A stretch of DNA of 64,000 nt, from the NCBI GenBank assembly GCA_964016885.1, contig OZ024745.1:53072001-53136000 (forward strand), given 5' to 3'. The translations under genes and the position numbers were made by a program. The DNA comes from Eledone cirrhosa (lineage: Eukaryota). The notes beneath the pieces are model-generated. The model saw only the letters and a list, made by a program, of their open reading frames with translations, ran no database searches and was not told the DNA's origin. This document shows, piece by piece, positions 1 through 14,357 of the stretch (the stretch's first letter is position 1; every line of letters begins with the position of its first letter).

Positions 1-3000
1 GGCTGGGGTGCAGCACCTCTCTCTCCATCCTGATCCTTCTTCCGAAATGATATCGGAAGAAACGGACCAGTTGTTGGCCAGAGAAAGCTGTCTGACCTCA
101 GTCCTTTCAGACACGTCCACCATACAACCTCTTTCGCCATGGCTATTACACACAGAAACACCGCCTCTCCTTCGTTTTTGAAGAAGGGAGGCGGCTTGAT
201 CGTTACAATAGACTCGGTGGTCAACCGGATCGGTCCCACCCTTGACAGCAGTTGTTCAACATAGTCCCACAGATCGGCAATGCCCGAGCAGTGTACCAAT
301 GCGTGTGCAACGGTTTCCTCGTCGCACACGCATTTGGGACAGATCTTTTTCGAGGGGTCCCTACCCGGGCGCCCGTGTCTGTAGAGCCTTTCTCGAACGG
401 GCAGAGCCCCTCGGTAGCACTGCCAGGCCAGGGACCTCTGGAAGTTATCCATGGGTCCTGGGTTGAATGTCCTACCGAACAGGTTGGCCAGTTCGTCTTC
501 CTCCATGCCTAAGGCTTCTCCGAGGGCATCGTCGCACCTGCTAACCACCAGCCCTCTATAGAATGACGAGGTGGATTCTCCACTGACAGCCGGGTCCGCC
601 TGTCAGAGGGCCGTGAGCGCCTGGGCACACGCGGTGTGCCAGGCGCCCAGTTTTCTCGGTCTTTGCTTGACCCAGGATTGCAGCTCGGTGAGCGAGACGA
701 GTAGACGAGTCTGGAAAAGGCTCGCCTTACAAACGGGGCCCACACCGGTTGACCGGTGAGGAATACCTGGAGGTGCCGTAGCCTTAATGCGTGTTTACAT
801 AGCATTAGCCACGGCATCCCCAGCCCTCCTTTCGAAGGGTGTTGACAGCAGATGGATATCCTCACCATAAGAGCCCGCTTCGTCCAAAGGAATTGGAAGA
901 GTGCGCGCTCCATTTTGGCGAGCGTTTCCCTTGGGCAAGGCACAACGGTCAGGCGGAGGTAGATGACAGACGCTATATAAGTGTTCGCCACCTCCGCTCG
1001 ACCTTTAAGGGACAGTTTGCACTCGGCCCACTTCTGGGTCAGTGCAAACACCCTGTTCGTTACCTCACCCCAGTTCTTCTCCACCTCGAGATCTGGTCCG
1101 AACCAGACCCCGAGCAACTTCACTGGGCCCTCCGTCCAGCGCCCGACGACGCTATCGGAGGGCATCGATCTCCCTCTCTACGTGCCGAATTGCAGACCGA
1201 TCGACTTGTCCCGGTTCAGCTAGGCCCCTGTAAACCTTTCGTACTTATCCAGTAAGGTGCCGATCGCCCCGATTTCCGAGGCCGTCGACACCATTACTGT
1301 TACGTTATCGGTGTAGGCCGACATCGCTTTCCGCAATCCCGGTCCAACGGGATGCCGTGCAACAACTCCAACTTCCGAAGCAGTGGCTCTAGAGTCATTA
1401 CATACAGAAGAGAGGAGAGAGGGCACCCTTGTCGGATGGACCGCGCGATTTCGAACGGCTCCGAGAGGTAGCCGTTCAGCTTGACCCTAGAGCAGATGCA
1501 GCTGCTGTGCATGGCATTGATCCAGCCCCTGAAAACAGGTCCGAAGCCTGCCGCCGCTAGCACCGCATCCAGGTAACCATGGTCGACCCTATCGAACGCC
1601 TTAGATTGATCCACGTTGATCAGGGCCCCACCAAAGCCGGGTTCGTTCCCAACCCTCTCTTTGATGTATCGCATGAGGTAGAGGTTGCCGTGGATGGACC
1701 TGGACGGGCTAGTACATGTCTGCGCATCTCCCACCAGGTTGCCCACGACAAGCGCCAACCTCTTTTCTAGCACTTTGGCCAAAATCTGTAACTCTATATT
1801 TAGCAGAGTTATGGGCCTGAAATTATTTATATCGTCCCCCTTGTTCTCGTCCTTCCTCACTAGCGTGATTACGCCCTTGGTCACAGCACAGGGAATTCTC
1901 CTGTTCTGTTACCAGTTTCAGTAGACCGCCTCGAGGAGATCGGGGAAAAGTCCGGCATAGCTAGATATAGTTCGTATGGAAGACCATCGAGACCCGGGGA
2001 TTTGCGTTTGCCGCATTGGCTCAGCATGTCCTCTATCTCAGCGGCTGAAATCGTCTCCTCGCAGGACTTCGCCTCCCTGTCCGAGAGACGCGGCAGGCCG
2101 TCGAGGTATGGACTGAAGTCCACTTCCCCAACCGGCTCCTCGCCCCTTCCGAACAATCTGGCACAGTGCTTTTGAAAAGCCTCGCACATCTGCTTTGGTT
2201 CAAGGATCACCCGTCCATCCTGGTCTCGCAAAGAACGGATAGTGGATCTACTCCCTTTTTTGGCTTCTGTCACGCGGGCCCAGCTAACAGCTTTGGTCCC
2301 CTCGTTTCCCTGAGCACGTATTTTGCTTCGGACGATGCAGCCTACATGTTTCGCGTCGAAGAACTGGCCCAGGGCCGTTCTCGACGTTAGCACTCTGGCC
2401 ACGTCGCCGCTTCTAATTGCCTCTTCTACACTATCTACCAACTCCCTTTCCTTCCTATTTCTATTTGAGGCTAACTCCTTACTAAATTATATAGAGTCTA
2501 CTCTAATCTCTCTTTTGAGAGATCCCCACCACCTGCTGTTGACGATGGCACCCGTCAATCGCTCCTTAACTAAAGTGCTAATCCGGTCCCTGTAAGCCTT
2601 ACTTGCCGGTAAGGACAAGTTGAGCTTCCAGTAACCGGGTCCCTGTCTATGTGTTCTGTCAATGTTGACCATGCAGGTCACTAACTTGTGGTCTGAATAG
2701 CCAAACATGCGCACTTTTGGACAACTTAAAAAGTCCTTATCCTTATTTCTAACTAAGAACCTATCTAGGTATGACCTAGATGATCCGCTGCGGTTTGCCC
2801 AAGTCCAGGTTGGCGCAGTCGGAAAATCTAGTCGATATCTATCGGCCAGGTCAAATCGAACGATTAACCCTTTGAGGCTATTACACCCCTCTCTATCGGG
2901 ACAGACCCCTACGTAGTCCCAACGTGCATCTAGGATACCATTCCAGTCACCCACTAATAGCAAGGAGCGTGACGTCCCTAGAAAAGTCTCCAGACGATGG

Positions 3001-3338
3001 AAGAAGTCCGGCCGCATTGACCCGAAAGGGCCGTAGACGGCTACCAACCTAAACGCTCCGCCTTCACCACTGCCAAGGTCCAGAACCACTAGTCGACCCT
3101 CCGGGTCCAAATGTACCGTCTGTGTTGCGAGACCCAGATGTTTTTGCAGCAGAACGACAACCCCATCCCCACCTCCGGGCTGACAGAGAGATGCGTGCAT
3201 CTCAAAGTCATCAAAGGTGGGGGCCAGCTGTCGCACGTTGCTGATCCGGGCCTCGCAAATAACCATCACATCTATACATTGTGACCTGAGGTCATTTAGA
3301 AGCATTGCTTGCTTCCAAGTTGAGCCCAAGCCACGCGC

Positions 3339-3340
<2 letters not shown>
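1..3340 (-). mobile_element. Degraded, 5'-truncated Tx1-clade (L1 group) non-LTR retrotransposon ORF2 (APE + RT); runs off the window start
   Basis: Frameshifted minus-strand pieces: 2487-3340 (APE motifs GDWN, SYLDRF, SDH), 1881-2441 (KSPGLDGLPYELY), 1300-1884 (NFRPITLLN, DQSKAFDRV, RQGCPLS), 1220-1426 (AYTDN, a decayed YADD) and 509-1165. Collinear with the copy at 14358-17748. The 5' junction abuts (GATA)n. Confidence 0.95.

Positions 3341-3418
<78 letters not shown>
3339..3418. repeat. (GATA)n microsatellite
   Basis: About 20 perfect GATA units seen directly. Confidence 0.99.
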
Positions 3419-3419
<1 letters not shown>

Positions 3420-3828
3420 GGCAGTGAGAAAACTGTCCATGACATTTTCTTAGCTAATCAACCAGTTCGGCGCTCAGAAAATAAGCCTTAAGTTTTATAG
3501 GTTACTATAGAAAGGTAGAACCGACGATGACTTGGCTTCGGTGTATTGAGAAAGAGAGTCTTTAAAATGCTCTTCTGGAAGAATTTCTGCTGGGGGGATT
3601 ATGGGAAACTTCATCTACGTTTTCCTGGAATTTGACCTTTCCTATTAGCGAGAGACTGGAACGGCTCCTTAGAAACATTCTCTCTATATATATTTATGCC
3701 TGGATCGGCTCTGCCAGGCTTAAAATAGCCAAGTAACGCCATATGTCAATAGGGCGCCCCTACGAATCTATCAGGAGTTACTCGACCATACACACACACA
3801 CACATTCATATATATATATATGTGTGTG

Positions 3829-4762
<934 letters not shown>

Positions 4763-5909
4763 ATGCGTGTGTTCCCAGTTGATCAACCAGTTGATCAACC
4801 TGAAATATTCTACTTGAGGTGTTTTTGTGTTTTCCGATTTTCGTTTTACATTCTAGTGAGATCTATCGAACTGTCACCACTGTGTCTTGGAACTGTAGGA
4901 TGTGTCAAACCAAACAGAACCGGTTTATTGTTGCAAGACACTGCAATGTTTCGGTGGTGTCCCTCCCGTGGATTTCCAGGTGATTTTGTGAATATATAGC
5001 TGACACAGTTGATGGAAACATTATGATTATTTGTGAAAGGTGTTGTTATCCTACATATCTTACATACATATACTGCTTTTGTTGATACGATAAAAATGCG
5101 AAAGTTATTTCTACGAGTATAACCAGCAACAAGATATTATTAACAGCGTTCCTAACCATATTGTGAAACTTGACATTTGCGGATTTAATACACAATGTGT
5201 GGAATGTGTTATTGGATCTAACGGATCCAATCACGTAATCAATGATAATGAGGTGTCCATTGATATCGTGTCATCAAGAGCTTAATTAGGGAAGTAAAAT
5301 AATTGACATTTTTTAGATGGGTCCGATTGTTTTGAATCGATTTTTTATTTTGTAAATAATTCAAAAAATATATTGATAAAGGAATATAGAATTCAATAAC
5401 TAACCTTGTTTAAATAGACAGTTTCAATCGATTAATATAACGTTATATTCTTATAAACAGTTTATATATATTTGATTCATACTAAAATTAGATTAGATAA
5501 TCAAAATTGATACGACGCATGAATGATTTTACTAATAATTAAAAACAATAGTAAATTATATTTATTCTTTAAGATCTAAAACCCCGTTTTTGCCATATAG
5601 ATGATTTTAATTTTCCTTTAGACGTATTTGTGCAAAAACAAAACTGTTTGTCAAATGTATAACCCACTACAGTATTACATAGAAATCAATCTTATATGTA
5701 CAGACTAATTGTTATCTTTATTTCATAGTTTATTTCACAGAATTAGTTGTCTACTTCCAGTAGCCTGTATTTACTACAACTTCTCTACGGATTTCATTTT
5801 TGTTTTTTCGACACTTGCGTTCTGCCTCATGCAAGAATCACACCACATTTTATTGTTATATATGTGTAAATATAAATGCATATAGAACTTATATATATAT
5901 CAATATATT

Positions 5910-6090
<181 letters not shown>

Positions 6091-6727
6091 GGAAGAGATT
6101 ATGTGTATTTCTATATTTATATAACAAAGTTTGCATAAGGCATAACACGTTTCTTAAACTTTTCCAAAGATTTTCTTTCATAATTGAATGAAGATTTGTA
6201 TCTCATTTACACTATTTTCCTTTTATTTCTAAAGTGACAGCAATTTAGTATTGAATAAAATATATTATTATGTATTTATTGTATTTCTTGAGTTTGTTTA
6301 CCGACAATATTTTCCAAATTAAACCGTCTCAGTTTGAATGTTGGCAGCATTCATAAATGTCATATTTTCTTATATGAATAATGTTATTTGAAAACGGAAA
6401 GACATTTCACGTAGCTATATAGTCTGCTAAAGGTAAGAATTAAAATTATTACATATTTTAAAAAGGAGTTCTTCATTAATTCCGAAATAAGAAACGAATA
6501 TTAATTCAAATATTGTCGATACACACAAATACACACACACACACGCGCGCGCGCACACACACACACAACACACACACATACACATATATATATATATGTA
6601 TATATACATATATATGTGTGTGAGTGTGTGTGTGTGTGTGTGTTTAAGTATATATGAGGCATGTATAAAGAGAGAGAAGAAGAGAAAGAAACAGAAAGAA
6701 AGAAAGTGAGAGAGAATGAGATAAAGA

Positions 6728-6766
<39 letters not shown>

Positions 6767-7017
6767 GTGGGTATGTTTAAGAAGCCGTCTAATATGAAGG
6801 TGTGTCAAATATACCAGGGCAACCATTCGGAAGAGACATTACAGAGGTGGGCTGAAACGCAAAAAGAGGGTGGAGTAAAGTATATGGACAAAAATGGCTG
6901 ATTGTTAGCTTAGTAATTTTTTAGTACCATCAAGGAGGATCTTCCCTGTTCGTTGTATATATATATATATATATATATATAGATTACATGAAACAAAGTT
7001 CTGTTTAAATCATTTAT

Positions 7018-7066
7018 CTGCTTACAATTGTTTCTTCCAAACCGAGGTTTGGAGTCTTCGGAGCAA
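7018..7066 (-). ncRNA. Minimal type-I hammerhead ribozyme motif (variant core CCGAAGA) in a (TA)n-bounded PLE pLTR-like insert (~6981-7183)
   Basis: Minus strand reads UUGCU-CCGAAGA-C-UCCAAAC-CUCG-GUUUGGA-A-GAAA-CAAUUG-UA-AGCAG. Stem I, a 7-bp stem II, GAAA, palindromic stem III and a GUA triplet are all present. Confidence 0.75.
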
Positions 7067-7179
7067 TTATTCAGTGATTTTTAACATACTTGACCTCCTT
7101 TCTTTCACTATTTAGGGTATAATATATATATAACTATAAAACGTTTTAGTATATACATAACCATAAATAGTATCCTTAA

Positions 7180-7241
<62 letters not shown>

Positions 7242-7432
7242 GGGCCGGCCGTCGAAGAAGCAACACCACACGTTCGGCCGAGCCCCTTGTATCAAGAAAA
7301 GAACATTTTTTTCGAGGAACTTTTTATAGGTTTTGCAGTCTTAAGAGCTCAGTTTATTATAACTGATTTTCCGCAGTGAAATATATGTAATGTAGTTTTA
7401 TATAAATCAACTCATCATGGCTTCCGATCTTT

Positions 7433-7623
7433 TAATAATTGTTTCTACTTTTGGCGCAAGGCCAGCATTTACCCAGTGCATTAGTGGTACTTTATTTTAT
7501 CGACCCCGGCGAAGAAAGGCATAGTTAACCTCTGCGGAATTTGATCTCAGATCATAAAGGGCCGTAACTATGCTGCCAATCATGTTGTCCGACTCTCTAC
7601 CGATACTGCCAATCCACCGCCCT
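7433..7623 (-). mobile_element. tRNA-derived SINE, octopus-type, with Nin/Deu-like central domain
   Basis: Reverse complement of the ~190-bp family at 18044-18243 (GGCGGTGGATTGGCAG head, B-box-like G.TCAAAT, GGGGTCGATAAAATAA.GTACC, AGAAACAATTATT tail). Confidence 0.88.
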
Positions 7624-7959
7624 TTAATAATATATAATGCTCCGACTTGCACCCTTTATACAGGTCGTTAAGCGATTTCTTTTATCTGCTTTTCAACTGA
7701 CTGACCATAATGTGATCCGCACATCCCTGGTAGGTTAACCCCATATTTTAATATGCTCCATATTTCAAAGGTTTCCGCTGTCGGGTAACTGGACATTATA
7801 TATGTTTATCATTATGATACAGAATATATTGCAAATATAATAGACTAGATACAATTAACGGTTTTATTAATAATTCCTTCGCAGTAAATGAATCTTCAGA
7901 TATTATGGAAATGTATATTAGTTATAGTCTCACTACACCTACACACTCACCCATAAGCA

Positions 7960-8516
<557 letters not shown>

Positions 8517-8699
8517 TTGCGTATATGTCTAGTTTTCAATAAAGTCTACCCAAAGTGATTTCACGTATCATGGGTTTCTGTTCATGATGTTCGTCAGTGT
8601 GTTACTACGGAAATATTGAACGTTGGGTCATATATATGTTTACAGCTCACGCTGACCTAATCCCATGGCATTTATGTTTAATTATTATGGACTTAGCTA

Positions 8700-9620
8700 A
8701 CCCAAGACATCAGTCCAGGTTTCCATTTCTACAATGGGACGTATGCCTGCCTATGGGCAATGTTATCTTAAAATCTACTTTCCTATCTTTGAGCTGCCCT
8801 ATCGTCTCTGCTAAGCGGGTTTGTGATCATTTGGTTTTATTTTTAACTGAGCTTTTTTTTTATTTCCGGATGAGTTCAGCTCTATGGTGCCCGATGGCGC
8901 CTCAGGTCTTAACGATGACTGGTGCAAAGAGGAAGCAGCCGGGTAACCCCGGTATTTTCTTGTGTTCCTGTCCTCTGCATTTCGGGTCGCGCTACCGAGT
9001 GTTTTGGCCGAAGCGACTAAGTTGGAGGCGGAGAACGTGTTACACAATGTCACGTCCAAGATGCTGGATTTACCTCGTTGGAATAGGAAGCGGGTAATTC
9101 CGTCGAGGAGTTTGCCGTGTCCGTCGTCGAGGCCGGCTGGCCCCAGTTTTGATGGGAAGCTAGCTTCATCCTGACTCCTTCTCAATATATCATTGAGAGC
9201 GCCAGATTGGGGTAACCGGCCTGCGCTCTGGCGTCATGACAGTGGGTGCAGGACAAACTCATCGACGACAGCCTCATAATGGCATTTGTGTGACTCACAA
9301 TCGTGGAGCCGAAGCATTGTACCACTCCGATGTTTGGCCACTCGTCATCAAGAAGTGTACCGGTTGAGAAAGAGCCATGCACCGCTGTTTGATTGCGAAA
9401 CGGATCGAAGACAGGCGAAGTGCTGTTGGTCCAAGCCAGACTCAATCCGCATGAAGATAGACTTGGTCATTTGTATACTGGGGGACAGAAGGGCCTTCGC
9501 GGGTTCAATCGGCCTCAGCCAGCTCCAAGTCTAGGGCACGTCAGATTCTTCCGTCTTGCTTAGGATCTCGCTCGGGAGAGGCTTGAGGCGTGATAGGCAG
9601 TTGGCTTTCTAGCTTTCAGT
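8700..9620 (-). mobile_element. Decayed 3' fragment of a CRE-clade non-LTR retrotransposon (zinc knuckle + restriction-like endonuclease)
   Basis: Minus-strand peptides GTLLDDE...(C/H-rich segment) and GLDDGHGKLLDGITRFLFQRGKSSILDVTLCNTFSASNL...GSATRNAEDRNTRKY match the CRE C-terminal pattern RPDG.T..P...G....DVT..DT...A...AE..K..KY. Frameshifted; boundaries approximate. Confidence 0.8.
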
Positions 9621-10675
9621 TTGTAATGCTTATATAACATATAGGTTTCTCTATGATAGGATTTTTCTAGTGGACAGAAATTGTTCGCAGGCTCTTAATC
9701 CAATATCCTGCATGAATGAACATACATTTTACATTTGAAAATTATTGAACGGTTTGTAGATCTTCGCTCAGTTTTATTGTTCAGTTGATAATATCTGACA
9801 TACACACTCACACAGACATATATATGTGTGTAAGTGTAGGTATAATCTTTGAAAGTATATATCCGTTTCTTATGCTCTTTGATATCTGTTTAGATTTCAA
9901 ATATTGCAACAGCTAACCCTTAAATTGGAACAATATACATGACATCATCATAGCATCTTTATAAATTTGTAACATCAATTTCCTGGACGTGACCCTGTTA
10001 AATTTATTCTACATTTTAACCAAATGTATATCAATCAACACCAAGAAGAATACAAACTCATGAGGGATATCTATATTTCTTTCAGACCTTTTCCATTTGA
10101 AGCGGGGCGCACTGACTAATAAATCTCAGTGTTGTCAATGTCATGGTATAGTATTATATGTGTTAACTGTACCACAGTGAATACGGTAACTTTAGGTTTA
10201 CTGCTAGCAATGCCTTTTTATTTCCTTCACTTAACGTTTGTATAGGCAGTACTCTCTCATTTGCAAATTGCTTAGTTTTTAGTGGGCATGAATTTAGTTA
10301 CAAAAGAAAGGAAATACTGCGAATGAATGACAAAAACTATAAACTTGTATAATACTCGAACCCATTTATCAATGATGTTTCATGTAGGGAGCATTAAAAA
10401 GCTAAAAAGAAACAATTAAACATGTCATTCATTCTACTGGCTCGAGAAAATAAAGTAACAGTGAATCACTGGGAATGATATAATCGACTTCTCTCCTCCA
10501 TTTAACTGATTATGTCGCTAAATTACAATAGAAACCACCCATTCTGCTTATAAAGCAGACAACAGATGTGTTTTAGTCGAATTATGGAGGTACTTAGCAT
10601 TTTCTTCTTAACAATACCGTTAAAATGTTAATATATATATATATTAAATATATATTTAATATCAATATATATATA

Positions 10676-10710
<35 letters not shown>

Positions 10711-10813
10711 GTGTGTGTTATATGTATAAATATATACACACACACACATAATTATATATATAAAATCTTTGGATTTTAGTCTTCATATTTATTATTATTA
10801 CTATTATTATTAT

Positions 10814-10883
<70 letters not shown>

Positions 10884-10899
10884 ATAATAATAATAATAG

Positions 10900-10957
<58 letters not shown>

Positions 10958-12228
10958 CGAAATAAGAAATCTGCTACCAGCTGAAGTAAATGATATAGGT
11001 GTGTATATTATCCACTACACCAAAGATTCTCAAACGATTTCGGCCAAAACGCCCCTTTTTGCCCCTCAAAATCACGAAACGCCCCCTACCGTTTTTTTTT
11101 TTTTTCAATATACTACTGATTTTAATATCAGTAGATTACTGGGCCAAATCAAGTTATGTTAGAATCTTTAAAAAGATCTTTAAAAAATACTCGTACGAAT
11201 TAAATACAAAAAAGTTTCGGTCCAAAAAAAAGCAAGCTATTTCAAATTATATATTAAAAAAAAAGACTTGAATGTTCTCAAAGATTTGATCTCAGTCGAA
11301 AAAGCTTTTTTTTTTTTAATTCTATATTTCACTGTTAGCTGTTCTAATATTTTGAGTGGATAGACAATTCTACAATTCAAACTGTAAAGTCAAAATACAA
11401 AAGATGCAAAATATGAAGAAATTCTTACCTTTCTCAGGGGAAAAATAGTACCTTACACCATAAGGAAACATATGTGTAGGTATATGTACGCATTTGTTCT
11501 TAGTATTATTTTGAAATGGCTGTAATAATGTGCATGTAATTAGCGCCCGTGTGGTTAATTAAGATATAGAATAAGAAGTGCGCTAGCAGCTGGAGTGCAT
11601 GACAATTTATATCTTAATTAATTAACAACACAAGCACTAATTATATGCAAATTAGATATTTCGTCCCATTTTTTTTATTTTGTTCCACGTCCGTTGTTTT
11701 CATTCCGAATAGCTATCTTCCTTTAGATACTACTGAAGCATTGGGGAGGAACTCTCCTCTCTTTTGAAGTACCCCAAAGTTAAATGATCTGCAGAAGACA
11801 ACCCATGGGGTAGAATTGTCCATGTGCTTTTGTCTTCCGAGATTTCTCTTTCCGTTATATGCCCCACGTGATTTTTAATGATATATGTATGTGCGAAAAG
11901 CAAACAGAAATAACAAAGCAAACGACACAGGACAATGAAGAAATAAATTATCAGTTTAACAGTTGATCTAGTAGCAATTATAATATATTATTATTGTTAT
12001 TATTATTATTATTGAATGCTATGGTTGACGGAGGCACGGCTCTGTAAGGTATTGTAAATTTTGAACGCTATAACATTTGTAAATTGTTTAAAACTTTAAC
12101 GAACTTGTAGACAAAAACACCCTCCTCCTCGTGAGAGGGGTCTTTCTGCCCATTATTTGGCCCTTCGGGGTTAAATAACTGCTTATTGGGGTTTTGTGCC
12201 CAATATTTATTTTAAACAAAAAAAACAA

Positions 12229-14322
12229 CATGGCTACGAAAAAGAATTTTGATAGGTCACTCCCACTCATTCCGTTTTCTTCTTCCTCAATCATCACTAC
12301 AGCAGAGAGAAGATTGTCTCTCTCCCTCCCTTCTTTAAATGTGTCTCTCTCCCTCCCTTCTCTTTCGCAAGCGACGACAGAAAAGAAAAGTCTCGTGCAA
12401 AACGTGCAAGATTTCTCCACGACGACGACGACAGGTGTGCGGGAAATACGAAAACCCATTTCATTCGTCTGACGTCAGGAATAATAGCAGTAGCAGCCGT
12501 AATAACAACAGCAACAGTGACAATGAAAACAACAGTAGCAGCCGCAACAGCATCACCAGCAGCATAAACAACAACAGCATTAGCAGCAGCAACACCAACA
12601 ACAACCACAGCAACAGCGTCGGAGGCAGTAGTCGTAGTACCTGCAGCAACAACAAAAGTAACAGCAGCTCTGACGACAACAACAACAACAGCAGCAAAGA
12701 AAAACCAATCTCATTTGCAGGTATTGCGAAGAACCTGGAAACAATCCTCATAACAAATGAGGAATTAGAGGAAGCGAAGAAGATGGTGACAAAGACCGGA
12801 CACCGACCAATCTGCAAGGCAGCGGAAAAAATTGTTCGAAACCCAACAGCACTGTACGGTCACGTACCGTACAGTAAGTACAAAATCCCGTAGGGTTGAA
12901 AGAGCCACAGAGGCTCAAATACAAAATGCCTTGGGGTCTGTGTGGCAGCGGAAAACGCACATCACCCGAGGCAAAAAATATGCCACCGTAGACGTACTTT
13001 TTGCCACACCCCAGGAGGCAAAGGCTCAATCCGTAGTGACCCTAAGCAGCGAGGAAATGGTGTTGGTGCCCTCCTACTGCAGGCAAACAATTGTGAGGGT
13101 CAAACTGACCCACGTCCCCCCCGGGATGGCCCCTTCTTGGCTGGCCGCGTCTGTCCTCGTCGGAATCGAGGACAAAACAACTGTACTGCAAGTACAGAAA
13201 AAAGTAAGAGAAGATTGGTTCGGCACCTCCATTGAGATGCTAATCCAAACCAACCAGGAGTGCATCGAAGCTATCCCGGATGTGATAGACTTCGCTAACG
13301 GCACTCAACTGCCCATAAGTGTTGAGGGCAAACGCCCGAAATGCTTTCGCTGTGGATCGAAGACTCACCTCAGGGCCTTCTGCAACGAGAAGACCCTGAG
13401 AAAGGAGAAAACCCCCCTCCTTCCGAAACCGGCTCCACGGCTACCAGCAACAGGACAAGCGGCAACCAGGAACGATAGGTCCGTGGCATCCATACCCACG
13501 CCACGGAAATCAAAAACAGCAGAAGCAGTGGAAATATTAACAACAACAACAGCAATACCAAATGCAGCTGCAACAGAGACTCCAGTGCAAACATCACCAA
13601 CAACAACAAGTGAAAGAGTGGAGCTGGTACCCCTCCCCGACCTCACAGAATCAGACATGGAGTGTGAGGTGGGAGAGGGATGGCAAAAGTTCGTAAGAAG
13701 GCACAAACGCAGAAGCAGCGCATCGTCGCCTTTGAAAAGGGAGGAAAGAAATGAGAAAAGGGTAAAGTCTACAGCAAAGAGACTCACAGCAGCAACACCA
13801 CCAACACCATCACCACCCACACTAGCACCACCATCACCACCGGCGACAACCCCACCGCCAACAACACCTTCAACACCACCACCACAAGCACCAACATCGC
13901 AAACACAACAACAAAACACACACACCCAGCAACAACGACAAGAAAATAGCAGAACCACACCCCACCCCCAGAAAAACAAATGCACGGCAATAAATACACA
14001 CAACAAGAAACTAATGACTTACATAATTGAACACACAGACATTTCACAACACGACTACATAATACCAGCACCAATCAAAACGCCAACTAACATAAGACTG
14101 CTAAAAATAGCACAGAAACAATACACAAACATTAAAACGAAATTCCCCAACGCAGTTGGTGATTTCAGGGACCTAGGAGGAACTATCAATCGAAGAGTAT
14201 ATTCGGACATACTCATAGAAGAGCCGACGACCAGCCGAAGGGACGATTCAACGGTCCCTTCACCAGACGATCAAGTGAAAAGGGATGTAAAAACCATCCC
14301 TCCTCTACGAAAAGTACGGTAA
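12229..14322 (+). pseudogene. Tx1 ORF1 (gag-like zinc-knuckle protein), split over three frames
   Basis: ATG at 12229 (MATKKNFDRS); overlapping frames 12229-12472, 12339-12893 and 12832-14322. Contains CFRCGSKTHLRAFC (CX2CX4HX4C), a GWQKFVRRHKRR basic motif, and S/N-rich and P/T-rich low-complexity tracts. Confidence 0.85.
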
Positions 14323-14357
14323 GTGGTATTTCCCATCTTTTCCACTTCATTTTAAAC

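Noticed and set aside
7238-7290. CAGGGGCCGGCC hAT-like terminus (similar TIR-like starts near 11018 and 48157)
   Set aside because: No matching second TIR or target-site duplication found.
11429-11520. Possible minus-strand exon (acag|PFQNNTKNKC...SPEK|gtaag)
   Set aside because: Splice-like ends and an open frame, but no recognisable protein similarity and the phase does not join the 8333 candidate.
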